A DNA stretch of 64,000 nucleotides from the human T2T-CHM13v2.0 reference genome, Homo sapiens, in assembly GCF_009914755.1 (NCBI RefSeq), contig NC_060946.1; one strand, 5' to 3'. A model generated the notes under the pieces. That model had not been told where the DNA came from. It searched no databases and was given only the letters and a program-made list of their open reading frames with translations. Both the position numbers and the translations under genes were made by a program. Of the stretch, positions 13,850-26,471 are shown one piece after another (within the stretch, counting starts at the first letter, position 1; every line of letters starts with the position of its first letter).

Positions 13850-14022
13850 CAGGAATGGCTACATCATTTGTGGAACCCAGCGCAAAATAAAAATGGAATT
13901 GCCTTGTTCAAAAATTGCTAAGAATTTCAAGACAGAGACAGAACATGAAACCAATCGTGGGCCCTTCTAAGGGCGGGGTCCTGGGCCACCGCACACGCCA
14001 CACACCCTAGAAGCTGGCCGTG
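13850..14022 (-). mobile_element. MER45A-like hAT DNA transposon nested in a MIR
   Basis: Follows the recalled MER45A consensus end to end (ggctacat..aaaataaaaatg..ttgttcaaaaatt..aagaatttcaagac..gggcccttct). Near-8-bp TSD tgtccagg/tgttcagg. MIR sequence resumes at ggtcacacagct..atttgaaccc. Confidence 0.85.
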
Positions 14023-17000
14023 TTCAGGTCACACAGCTATTGGGAGGAGCCAGTATTTGAACCCTGGTCTGCAACACTCCAGGCTGATAAGTAAGCCGGC
14101 CAAGGCCAGAGAATCAGGGCTTTGATGGGATCCTCACCGTGAGGTCTGCACCCGCTGGTGCCCTGGCTTCCTCCTCCAGCTGGTGGGGAGAGCGCTCACC
14201 CTGTAGGGCGAGGGTGGCCAAGGAGAAGGAAGGCCAGGCGCAGGGCTGGCTGGGGCTCGAAAGCATGTGGGGAAAATCTCAGACAAGTTAAAAGGTCTGG
14301 CCTTTGGTCTCTCTCTGGGGAGCTCCTGCTTTGGGCTGGGCCCTGCAGGGGAGGCCGGGCGCTCCACTGGACCCTGCATGCAGCCTGCCAGCGCTCTGAC
14401 AGAGGGAAGCAGGGGCGAGGACAAAAGGATGCCTGGGAACAGCTGCAGCCACTGCTGGCCTTTGGGTTGGCACTGCCTGCTTACGCCGCCCCAGGTCTGG
14501 GACAAGGTCCTTAAAGGACAGTCTCAGTCACCGTGTGGTGGACATTAAGGGACAGGCGCTATGGAGGCAGAATGACAGGGTTCCACATGCCGGCTGTGTG
14601 ACCCCGGGCAAGTCCCTTGGCTTCTCAAAGTCAGCTTCTGGATGTGTAGCATGGAGATGATCATATTTACCACACAGTTCTTGCAAGGCCCAGGCAGAAC
14701 AGTGGATGCGACAGTGCTTTGGAAGCTGCTCTGCGATTGGGTCCACACTCTCACTGTTGGTGCCATTCTTGGAAGCTCTGCCTATGGAGACTCAGAACCC
14801 ACAGGCAGTTGCTAATTCATTCAATGATTATTATCTGAACTTCCCTGCCCTGCTAGGATGCGCCTTGGACACAGCCACTGGTCTTCACAGGCGGGTCAAT
14901 TTCACGGTGCTAGGTGGCCGGGAGAGGGGAGCTACAGAGATGAATGTGACATGCCCCAGGTGTCAACAGTTTATGGAGTGGCGGGGGGCATGAAATAAGG
15001 CCCAGACCTCGCCTTTCTCTCCTGGGTCTGCGCCTTCCTCTCACACTGCCCACCTCCCAGCCCATGCCCCGCCACACCCCAGCACGGTTCCTCAGGGTTC
15101 CACAGGGCACCCCCCTTGGCCTTGAATAACCAACTCCTCAGGACACAGCAGGCCCCACCTGCCTCCCCGAAAGCTGTCCCGAGCCTTACCCTGGGCTTCT
15201 GCCCCACAGGGCAGCGCTGTCTGTGTGTGCAGAGGCCTCTCCCACTGACCACACGCTATCTGGGCAGGGCAGCGTCAAGGTGACCAGCACGGCGGAGGTG
15301 TCTAATGAGTTGTGCTCAATGACTAGATTAATGAGCAGGGACTCTGGAGGCCCCAAGAGGAACAGAAGCAAGTCTGGGAACTGGGACCCTACCCTCTGTT
15401 GGGCCTGGAAGGGAGAGTGAGCTGGGAGGCGAGGTGGGCAGGACTGAAGGGCGAATGTGCCCCTGGTGGAGGAGGCAGTGTGGTGCTGCGCTGTGCAGGG
15501 CACAAGGGCGCTCTGTGGTGCACAATGGGAAGTGGGTGTGGGTGCCAGGCTCAGTGCCAGCACACGGGGGGACTGTGGGCAAAGGACCCTCCCCTCCCTA
15601 GGCCCTGGGTTTCCCACCTGTGTTGTGCCTGAACATCGCTGAGGTGCTTTTCACCAGGGCAGAGGCTCTGATCCGGTGGGTCTGGCATGGGCCCAGCGTC
15701 CCACAAAGGCCCTGCCATCCCTTCTTCCTCCCTGCCCCTCAGTGGCCTACCCTGATGATGGGGGCAGCCCGGGGTCCTCGCCAGAACCTGCTGATCCCTC
15801 AATCAGGGCTGGCCCACCTGCCCTTCTGTCCCTAGAATCAACAGAAGCTGCGGTGAAAAGGGATTGGCCGGCCCTTCCGGCAGATCTGGGGACCTCTGAC
15901 CTCTGACCATCTTCCCACAGCTGGCTGCTGAACCCTCCATGGCTCCCATCGCTTTGGGATAAAAGCCACGCCGTGCTCCCTGGCAAGCCCCTGACACAGT
16001 GGCCCTGGTCTCCCTGGCTGGCCTATCTCCCGAGGGGCCCTCTGAACTCCGGGGAGGCCCTGTGGCCCGTCACTAGTGTTGTGCAGCAGCCTTATGGCCA
16101 GCGCTGTGCTGGGCACCACGAATGTGGCCTCCCTTGCGCCTCTGACAGTCAGCAGGGTGTGGTGGAGGGAACTTGACACCCTCAGCAGAGGGCCGCGCCT
16201 GGTCCTGACCACGCCTCCCCGCCTGCCTCTACCTCCACTGGGCAAATGGTCAATCCTGAGACCTGTCTGCTGGGGGGGTGCCGGCTGGGTCTGCCCCAGG
16301 GCTGCCTGGGGACACGCTGGTGACAGTGCATGCAGGTGGTGGCGCGGGTGGGGTGGGGCTCAAGTGTGGCTGGACGCAGGGTGACTGTGGAGGCTGCAGC
16401 CCTGACAAGGAAGTGGCTCTCAAGGAGAACACGGGACAGGACACCCCGGCAGGCTCCTCCAGAGCCAGCGCTGCTCGTGTCTAAGGCTGAGGGGCCCCAA
16501 CGCCCATGATCCCCAAGGGCCACCCAGGCCTCTGAGGCAGCCCAGGGTCTCCTGGACTCTGCCTTTTTAGTACACAGCCCCGTGACTCTGAGGCCCATTT
16601 TGGCCCTCTGCTGACCTTAGCCCGGCCCTGCTGAAATAAAAGGCCCACAGGCCTGCACCATCCTTAGGGCCTCCGTCTACCTGAGAACCGTGCTGCTTGG
16701 GGAACAATTTGCAAGGCAAATTATTGTCAGTGGCACTGTCTTCCAAGGCAGCAGGCGGGGCCTCAATTCCAGGATGCGCTAGGAGTGTGGCAAGCCACCT
16801 TCTCTCGTGACTAGTGGGCGGGTGGGTGTTCCCGCACCTGCTCAGAAAGCAGAAGCCACTGGGATGGAGGGACGGTGCCCTGCAGGACTGTGGCATGGGG
16901 GCTGCAGGGAGGCCTGAGGGCTGGTGGCACCAGGTGTATGGAAGATGCCCACCCAGGAGCAAGACAAGCCGACCTCAGGAGAGGTCTCCTCACTTGGTTT

Positions 17001-20000
17001 GAGGGGTCCCGAGTGCCCCTTGGAGGACAGGGAGGTTTCATATTAAAGCAGGTGGCAGGAGCAGGGCCTCCAGTGGCCAGTCTCCCCCTGCCCTGCCTCC
17101 TTCACTTCCTGCCTCTACCCTGGCTCCTCAGTGAAGGGTGCTTAGGGCAGACAAGGGGGCTCCCCTGTGGGTGGGATCCCTGGGGCCCACCCACAGGAGG
17201 CATCATGGCCGTGCCCCAGGAGGCTTGGAGGGTTGAGATGCGGTAAGGGGAAGGAGCTGGTGAGGGCAGGCAGCTGGGAAGCAGCTGGGCCAGTGCTCTT
17301 CCGTGCACCAGGCGGACCCTCCAGCTGTGTGTGCCCAGGGAGGCTTGGGGATCTGATCAACAGCAGCTCACACTCACTGATCAGGCTCATGCCAGGCCCT
17401 GTGCAAAGCCTGGGGAGGCAGAGCTATCACCTGCCTGCCCCTGGAGGGGAAGGGGTGTAGGATAGAGGGAACTGGAAGAGCTGCTCTCACCTCTCTGAGC
17501 TTCGGTTTCCTTATCTGTAACACTAAACCTTGCAGGTTGCCGGGAACATTGAACATGTCTGGTTATACATACAGCTCAGCCTGGAGGCTGCTCAACAGAG
17601 GGAAGCCTTGCTCCAGGTTTTCGTGGGCTGCCCCGGAGATGTGGCTGAGGACAGATTAAACAACAACCTGGGGCAGAAGGAGGCAGTGCCCACCTCTGCT
17701 TTCAGGTGGGCCTCCGGCAGTGATGTGCTCCCCACTCCCACCCTCCCACCCTGTGACTTCGTGGGGATGGGGGCGGGGCAGGGAGTAGCTGGCACCTGGA
17801 GCCTGTGTCCATGCTCTCTCCCTCTCCCTCTCCAGAGCTTCAGCCTGGGAGCTGTGCAGGGCTCCTGGAGGGGTCCAGGTTACAGGCACCAGGCGCTGTT
17901 AATCCTGCTGGGTCTCCAGGGCTCCCGTCAGCCCACCACTATGACCTGACTGAGGCCAGGCTGGCTCCGGGCTTCTTGTCTCACTGTCTGGGACTTGCCA
18001 TCAAGCTTTTGTTCCTCCCTGGCATTCCAGAGTGCCCTAGTGACATGCTCATGGCCAGTGATGGTGAAGAAGGAAAGGATGGAAAGTGGCTGAGCACCTG
18101 CTACGGGCCACACACAGGGCCAGGTGCAGCCTGTCCAGTGCCTCAGCTAAGCTTCTCCAGAGACTAGAAGCCATCTCTGTAAATGAGAAACTGAAGCTCA
18201 GATGTGAGCTGGCCCTGGGGTGCTGGTGGAGCTAGTGACTGGGGAAGCCAGGACTGAACCCCGGTCTGACTCTAGAATCTGGCTCAGGATAACCAGAAAG
18301 GATCACCGTGTGCTTGACTGGAGTGAAGCTCCAACCACGGATTTCTCTGCTCTAAGAACAAATGCACGGTCCTTACAGCAATGACACAGCCTGGCTGAGC
18401 AACCTGAAACCACCCACCTTCCTTGGGTCAGACCAGGAAATCTCGCCTCAGGAAGCTGGGAGCTGCTGGGAGCTGCTGGGAGCTGCCTGCTACTCCTCAG
18501 TCAAGTCAGGGCTAACCTTGGCCTGCAGTCACCACCTGGCCCGCCCTTAGCTGGATCCAACTAGAGAGAGGCAAGGGTGGCTTGGATGGGGAGGGCTGCA
18601 GGAGGAGCAGGCCGTTGCCCCCCAGGTAGGTGGGGTGAGAGGGAGCCAGCGGGCAGGGTGGCAGAGGGGCCCGGTCGGGCCTGTTTTTACACTTGGGCTC
18701 CTCCTGAGAATGCAGGTGAAGAGGGTGCCCTGTTCTTGGGCACCTTCCATTACAGCTCCAGTGGACATCAGTATTACCATGTGGGCCTGCAGGGCCGGGG
18801 GGTCAGGACTGGATTAGCAAAAATGGCAGGAGGTCACAGAGGGCACTGAGGTTGCATCTCGAAGGGCTTTGGGGCCCACTTAGACCAGCGGCCAAGAAAC
18901 CTAGGGGAGGATTAAGGCAGGGCTGGAGCCTATTCAGATTTGTGCCAAAGAGGGCTCTGGCCGTGGCCTCACAGCTGGTGGGGCTGGGAGACAGGGAGGC
19001 TGGGCCAGAATCTAGGAGAGAGGAAACAGGGCAGGCAGTGAGATGTGGTCTTGGATGTTTAAACATTAGATGAGAGTTGAGGACCAAAAGGAGCAGATGG
19101 GGGTCAAGTGTGCCCCACCTCCATTGGGATGGAGTACAGTGGGAGGGAAGCTGGGGGGCGAGGGGTAGGGCCACCCAAGAGTGCCAGGCCCAACGCACAA
19201 GGTGGCCTGGGTGGGCCACAGCCCCTCTAGGCTTCAGCCTCCCATCTGGGCCAGGCAATGCCCCGAGCCCTCGTCTTTTCTCTACTAAGCCCTGCCTGGC
19301 ACTGCGACTCCACCCACACTCCAGCCCTCCGCACAGCGGAGTCGCCATCACCTACTTCCCCCTACAAGCCCCAGCTGTGAGTGTGAGACAGTGAGGGACT
19401 CAACTGAGGGCAGGGCCCAGGACTCAACCTGGCTGGGGGCCCCAGCTGACCAGACACCAGCCATATTTGGAGCCAGTCCAGTGACTGAGGTGTAGCCTGA
19501 CCACCTGATCCTTCTCTAACAGGAGCCCAGTCCCTGGAGCTCAGTGGGCAGGGAGGCCACGACTTGAGAGGGGCTTGCCCCCGCTTTCCTTCAGCCAGGC
19601 CACCTGATGAGCACTGGGCCTGGGGAGCGGCCCTGTGATATCACCTCCCTCACCAGCACTCAGACCTGCCTGAGTCCCTTCCCACTTCCAAGCACGTCCA
19701 GGCTGCAGGGCCTGCCCTCTCTCTGAGCTGGATACCTGCCTGCCTGGGCACTGAGGCCCCATCCATCCCCGGGCACCTCCTCCAGGAAGCCTTCATTCAT
19801 GTGCTGAGCCAACTAGCCTCACCCATGCTCCCGCTCTGGGCAAGGCCCTGTGCTGTGCCCTGAGGGGGGGCACCAAGCTGGAAAAGACCTAGCTTCTGCC
19901 CCCAGTCAGGGGGTGCTGGTGGAGGAAGGGTGAGTGGTGGGACAGGGGAGGAAGGACAAGCAAAAGGCAGCCTTTGTCAGGTAGAACCACCCAAGATGGC

Positions 20001-20892
20001 ACCTGGGTAGAGAGAAGAGGATGTGACCCCTGGAGGCAGGGAGTCCAGGAAAGGCTGAGCATGCAGGGCCAGAGGAACAGGCAGAGGGTGGCTTCCAGGA
20101 GTGGGTGAATGTGCGGGGTGGGGACTGGGACATAGATTGGTGAAATCAGGGACACCCGGGACCCTGGAGATGGTCGCTGCAGAAGAGGAGGTACGGGCGG
20201 GGTGGAGGGGAGCTGGGGTGGACGGGAGCTGGGGTGGAGGGGAGCTAGCGGGGAGAAGCAGGAATGCACATGTCCCGATGAGAAGTGACATTGGCCATGC
20301 CGCTCAGGGTGGCTGTGCACTTAAATGATGCTGGGGACAGTGTGGGACACAGTGTGTGCCCCCTAAGTGTCAGCCACCATTTCCACAGTGGCCTCCACTC
20401 TCCTCGGTCTTCCCTGGCCTCCCAGTTCTCCAGCCTCCCTGCCTGCTTTTCTCAGGATGAGCAGCCCCTTACCAAGCTCTGGCCTGTGTGCTGGGCCCTT
20501 CCATCCTTTCTTTCCCTTCCAGCTCCTTTGAGCCTGGCAGGGTGAAGCAGGTCATGGCCATTTGGGGGACGGGAAACCCGGGGCTCAGAGGGGTGAGGCT
20601 GTAGCCCCGTGAGCTGCAGTGGGAAAGCTCCTCTCTTCTCCCCCTGCCAGCAGGACAGTGGGCCCTGAGTGCAGCCACGCGGCCCAGAGGGCTTGGCTGG
20701 GGGTGGCCAGGACATAGATGGCGGGATGGCTGGGGAGACAGGTCTAGGGGCAGAAGGGCGGGGAAAAGCCAGGGGAAGCCTGGGACTCCACCTGGCCCTG
20801 CCTGCTCACCTGCAGATCTGTCCCTGGCGGCTTCCCTTTCTGGTGCTTTGCACCTCAGTGCCCCAACTGCGTCACACAGCTGATGCACAGTG

Positions 20893-21090
20893 AGTGCTTC
20901 CTACGTGCCTGGCACCGCGCTAAGCACCTGCTACTTAGTCACTCATTTCATCCTCAAATCGATAGGAAGTACACGCTATCACGATCACCATTTTACAGCT
21001 GAGGAAACAGGCTGAGGGAAGTTAAAAAATTCGCCTGAGCAAGCAAAGCTTCCAGGGAGTGGACAGAACTGGTACCCAGGCCTTGCTCCA
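20893..21090 (-). mobile_element. MIR SINE
   Basis: tacgtgcctggcaccgcgctaagcac..ctcatttcatcctca..ccattttacagctgaggaaac. Confidence 0.8.
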
Positions 21091-22255
21091 TGACCGAAGC
21101 TTTTCCCTCTCCTCTGGACGCCTGGGGGCTCCTGCAGGTCTAGGGCCCTGTCTCCCGGGAGATGCCCAGGCAGTGTCTGCTGATCAAGGGAGTCACAGAT
21201 GCTGCGACTGCTCCCAGGCTTTGTCTGGCACTGGCCTGGGGAAAACTTATGAAGATGGCTCTAATAGTACGGAGGGACAGGGAAGGCTCAGGGGGCCCTG
21301 TCCCTGCTGGAACCCAAGGTCCCCTCAGGCCAGGCACTGCTTCTTGGGCAGTGTTCCTCTTTGCTCTGACCTCCATAAGCATCGCCAAGCACTCACTCCT
21401 GGCCAGATCCAGAGAGGAGGCAGAGAAGGTTGGGCCTATATCGGACAAGGTGGAGCAGTTCAGGCAGCCAGGCAGGAGCAGCCTCAGGGGTGCGGGGAGA
21501 GGAGTTCCCAGCTGCCTTTCTGTGCCCCCATGTCGTCATCTCTAAAACACTCGCACTGCTCTCAGGGTGGCTGTGAGGTTGAGGTAAACACGGGGCAGAG
21601 TGCAAGGCCCAGAGGGAGCTCAGGCTGAGGGCCGACTCAGATTGGGGTCCCTAGCCTGCAGCTCAGGCCCCACTGCTCTCATGGGGGTGGTGGGACCCCT
21701 GGAATGGGCTGGCTGTGAGTTCTGCTGATGTCGTGCCCACAGGAGGAACATCACAGCCAGAAATGCTACTGGGCCTGCAGAACCGCGTCCCTCAGGCCTG
21801 TTCTGCTCCTAACCTGGGGCCCCGGACTTGGGAGTCCACAGGGCTGGGACTTTGGCCCAGGCTTTGCTCACTGGCTATGTGGCCTCCCTTCTCAGGGCCT
21901 CAGGGTCTTCATCTGTGAAGTGGGGATAGCTGCCTCCCAGGGCTGTGGGGGAGACTCACTGGAAAGCTGCCTGGAAAGTCCCTTGCAAACTCTAGAGGGG
22001 TTGAGCAGTACTGGTGAGGCGAGAGAGCCGGGGCAGAGGGAATGGGCTGAAGATACACCCCCAAGGCTGCCTGAGGAAGAGTGGGTGCCCACAGCTGGGG
22101 CAGCCAGCGGAGGCTCCGTGAAGTGGGTGGGGTGCATCCCACATCTTCAGGACTGGTTTCAGAGGAGGCTCATGGTCCTGGGGCTCAGCCAGTGAAAAGG
22201 GCAGGTGTGGGCTCTGCCCTAACGGAGGGTTCCTTCAGCCCAAGCAGAACCATCT

Positions 22256-22720
22256 GTTTTAGGCAGAATAATGCCCCCTTAAAATGCCCACATCCTAATC
22301 CCCAGAAACTGTGACCCTACCTGGCAGAAGGGCCTCTGCAGATGTGCTGAAGGACCATGAGACGGGAAATTATCCTGGATTATCTGGAGGGGCCCAGCGT
22401 GATCACAGGGGTCCTTGAGAGTAACCGAGGGAGGCAGCAGAGGTGGGTCAGAAACAGAGCTGTGAGGACTGGGGCGGGTCAGGCTGCTGGCTCTGCAGGT
22501 GGAGAAGGGACCGCGGGACAAGGAACGTGGGCAGCTCTAGAAGCTGGAAAGGCAAGGAAGGGGATGCACCCCTGGAGCCTCCAGAAGGAAACAGCCCTGC
22601 CGACATCTTCAATTTAGCCCAGTGAGCCCCAGGTCAAATTTCTGACCTACAGAAGATAATAAACGTGCGTCGTCTTAAGCAACTGAGATTGCGGGAATCT
22701 GTTAGCAGCAGCAAGAGGAG
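22256..22720 (+). mobile_element. MaLR solo LTR, MLT1D-like
   Basis: tg start, ggcagaataatg.cccc, attatcctggattatctgg, gagcctccagaagga, aataaa, tgttagcagcagcaa. Confidence 0.85.
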
Positions 22721-23692
22721 CGGAATGCTCCACCTATCCTAAGCATGCTCCAGGGAGAGGGGCTTGATTGAAGACCTGGAGCTGACCAGCGTGGCGCGTA
22801 GCACCCCATCAGCCTTGCCACAAGCAGGGTCCCGGGGCCTGAGGTAAGCTCCCATGCAGCACCCCACGCTGGGTCCTCAGAGGTTTCATGTAAGTCTCCC
22901 AGATAATTGAAATTTATCACTTTAACCTGCAAATCCGACAATTTTAACTGATTGTAATGGGAGTCTACAATTGGTTACATGTTCTGGGGCCTCTTTAAAG
23001 TAAACATACTTACTCCGTTCTTCACCTGTGCTCAGGGACTGGGGTGACTATCACAAAAAGCAATTGCTGGGTGCAGCCGAGAACCCAGTGGCCCAGGCCG
23101 CCGTGCTCGAGGTATTCTCTCTCTCCGGCCACATTCTAGACTTACAACTGCGCCTCCCATTGAGGGCACTCCCCTCCCTCACTGGAGCCACAATCCCGGC
23201 TCTGTCCTGCCCAGCTGTGTGGCTGGAACCCTTAGCCCCTCTGAGCCGCAGTGTCCTCCCCTCCGTGGTTTCTAAGAGATGGCCACTTTGGCTTGCAGGT
23301 TCTGCCAGGGGACGGGGATCTGAGCATCCGAGCCGCTCTCCTGAGGAGCTGGCCAGTGCTGCAGTCAAGGGCACAGACTCTGGAGCCACGTGGTCCAGGT
23401 TCTGACCTTGCTGTGAAACTCCTCAGTGTCTCAGTTTTCTCATCTACTGCTGGCTCCTTCTGCCTGTGCCTGTCCTACCCTTCTCCCCTCCCGGAACCCC
23501 GAAAGGGGCTCAGGCTGCCCACAGGCTCAGGATCTACTGGGACGAACTGCCCGTGATCTCTCCCACAGGCCAGCAATCCTGGCAGCATGAACATATGAGG
23601 ATGACCCAGTTCTGAGCCCCTCACCATCTGGGCTGCTCTCCCCACATAGGGACTGGCTCTGAATGTGATGCCCTGGTGCACCTGACCAGCAT

Positions 23693-24082
23693 GGGGCAGG
23701 ATGGGAACGGTCACCTCCCTTACTCTCCATACCTCGCCTCTATTAATACAACGTGGGGGCAGGATGGGAACGGTCACCTCCCTTACTCTCCATACCTTGC
23801 CTCTATTAATACAACATTGGGGCAGGATGGGAACGGTCACCTCCCTACCTAACTCTATACCTTGCCTCTATTAATAAAACGTGGGGGCAGGATGGGAACG
23901 GTCACCTCCCTACCTAAGTCTGTACCTTGCCTCTATTAATACAATGTGGGGGCAGGATGGGAACGGTCACCTCCCTACCTAAGTCCGTACCTTGCCTCTA
24001 TTAATACAACGTGGGGGCAGGATGGGAACGGTCACCTCCCTTACTCTCCATACCTTGCCTCTATTAATACAACGTGGGGGGC
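23693..24082. repeat. Minisatellite, 6 copies of 63-65 bp
   Basis: atgggaacggtcacctccc at 23701, 23764, 23827, 23892, 23957, 24022. Confidence 0.97.
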
Positions 24083-26186
24083 ACCACACCTCATCAGGAG
24101 CTACTGGTTGGGGCCTGAAGTCCAACAGGATCCTATGTCTTTACCCCACAGGCTGTTCTTAGAGGAGATGGTGCTAAGAATGATGAGCTCGTGAGAGAGG
24201 GGCTCACTTGTGCTCTAGACTTGAGGCCCCCGGACTGACCCTTCTCAGAAGCCCGGGTCTGGTTCCTAGTTCAGGGGGTGAGGCCTTGGCTATTGGCTCT
24301 CCCTTTGCTTCGTGTTGGAGGAAACCAGAGGAGGAGAAGTCTCTTCTGTCTGGGGCAGGACAAGCTCTAAGGGGTGGTATGGGAGGATTCTGATAATCAT
24401 AGAGGTGGGGGTGCAGGGGAGGGTCCCCACCCAGATGCCTGGCACAGAGATCTCCTTGATGTGTTCCTTCAGTCTGCCTCCCAAACCCAGGCTGAGGCTA
24501 CCTGCATTCTCAGGGCCTCCCTCCTCACCTCCTGACCCCACTCCGGGGTCTGGTTCTGGGCCTTTATCCACTGACTCTCATTATTGCACGCAAGCACAGA
24601 GGCCCTCCTCCCCCCGCCTGCACCACCCATTTACGTGATGCCAACACAGCGCGGCCCTCTTCCACCACCCATCCTCTTCCTGGGAAGGTCGCGGGGTACC
24701 TAAGGGGCCCAGCTCCTGGTCCTGCCTGGCTCTGGAGCTCTGGCCTCAGACAGTAGTGCCCGCTTCTTGTAAGTGAGACCGAGGGCCCTGCCCTGGGCCC
24801 TGAGACCTTAGAGTGGCCTCAGAACACTGACGACTCTGGGGCTCCCTCCACCTGCCTCCAGCCACCCTTCCAGAAAGTCCATAGCACTGACTCATGCCTG
24901 CCTGGAGGGCAGTGGTCATACCTGTTGGCTGGGGCTGAGGCTGGAGGCTCAAAGCCAACCCAATCTGCCATCTCCAGCTCTTCCCAGGCCAACCCGGACT
25001 GCCCAAGTCAACAAGACAGACCTGTCCAGAGAATTTGAGGAGAACTAGCTTCCAGCCTGAGCTTGCCCTGTCTGCCTGTGTGACCAGAGGTGAATGCTCT
25101 GATCTCTCTGGCCCTTACTCTTCTCATCCGAGAAAGAGGGCCACACCTGTCCTGTCTAGCATGGACTTAGGGTCATAGAGCACCGTCAGCCAGACCCATG
25201 AGCTCCTCGAAGCCCCTAAGGAGTGGGCAGGCCTGAAGCCTCCTCAGCAGCACACAAGGCCATATCCCCTGTGGCCCTGGACCTCCCTCCTGCTTCCTCT
25301 CTAGATGCCTGGGTCCCCCTGAGGTCCGCATGAGGGCCACGAAACAAAGCCACCTCTCTGGGACCTTTAGGCTCTGACCTTCACATGGCCCTGCAACCCT
25401 GATGTTTGAGACAGCCCACACGGTCAGGACTTTTGGGTAGAGCTCAGCCCTGCAGGGTGGTGTGGGACTTTGGGCAAGCCAGGGCACCCCAGAGAACCTT
25501 AGCCTCTTCCTCGGAGAAATGGAGACCGCGCTACCTGACCCCATAGCTGCAAACACTGGTGTGAGCTATCTGAGAGCCATGAAGAAGGTCGTGACAACCC
25601 TAGGCGACCACAGCTATGCTCAGGAGGTCTTGGGCAGCTGGCAAAGCCCAGAGGCCAGCAAAACAGCAGAACCGACTGATAGAGAAGAACGAGTAGATGA
25701 GGAAGTCTGCTTTCCACTGTGCACGCTGAGCTCTGTCCAAGAGCAGTGATTTCTCCTCTTCCTTCTCGTTCTCCTCACATCGGTGCCTGATCAGCCCTGC
25801 CAGCAGGCCTCCCAAAACACCTTGAGCAGCCTCTGAGAAGTAGGTGGCTTTTTCCCTGAGAGGTCCTGGAGGTCCTGGCCGGTAGCTTCCCTCCCAGGAG
25901 TGGAGATGGGTAAGGACTCTCCTGCCCTGACCCGTCTACTCAAATGCCCTCTTTTGTGGCTGAGTCTCAGTGCTGCTTTGCTGAGCCTGGGAATCCTAAC
26001 TGTGAATGTGGGTGTTCACGCAAGTCGGGGAGCTTTACGACACACGTCTCCTTACACGCACAGGCCAGTGGATACTAGCCCTGGGTTCTTTGCTACAAAC
26101 ACACAAACAACGAACAAATGTGTTTGATGGAGGGTAAAAACTTTAAAAAGGAAAAAGTGAGTTCACACCTGGAGTGGAGCCCCCCG

Positions 26187-26342
26187 CACTCACACGACAC
26201 GCAGGACTGCACACACGTGGGCACACCCCACAACACAGACATATGCCCCCACACGCACACGTCACACCCACACACAGCACACACACGCCCATGTCCACAT
26301 GCCAGTGCACACCCGAGACACACATGTGCACACACACACACA
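26187..26342. repeat. Imperfect CA-rich tract (UG-rich in the SCUBE1 pre-mRNA)
   Basis: Interrupted cacac runs over ~155 bp. Confidence 0.9.
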
Positions 26343-26381
26343 AGTGCAAGTACGACAAAGGAAGTGGAAGAAAAGTGTTAC

Positions 26382-26471
26382 CCATGAGTAGCCGCCGTTT
26401 CACCCGCTTGTCCACATCAGCTACTGACGTGGCATTGAACTGAGAGCGCTCAATTGCAGCCTCATCCTTCT
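26382..26471 (-). CDS. SCUBE1: SCUBE1 alternative (cassette) exon, 90 nt, non-EGF linker with dibasic protease site
   Basis: Acceptor cttgtgttttag, donor GTAACA, phase 1/1, stop-free: (E)[29 protein letters not shown](E). Resembles the linker ending [11 protein letters not shown] that I recall in SCUBE2 and mouse Scube1. Confidence 0.85.

Noticed and set aside
23693-24082. Regularly spaced repeats superficially like a CRISPR array
   Set aside because: Whole units are repeated with no unique spacers, there are no cas genes, and the context is a mammalian intron.
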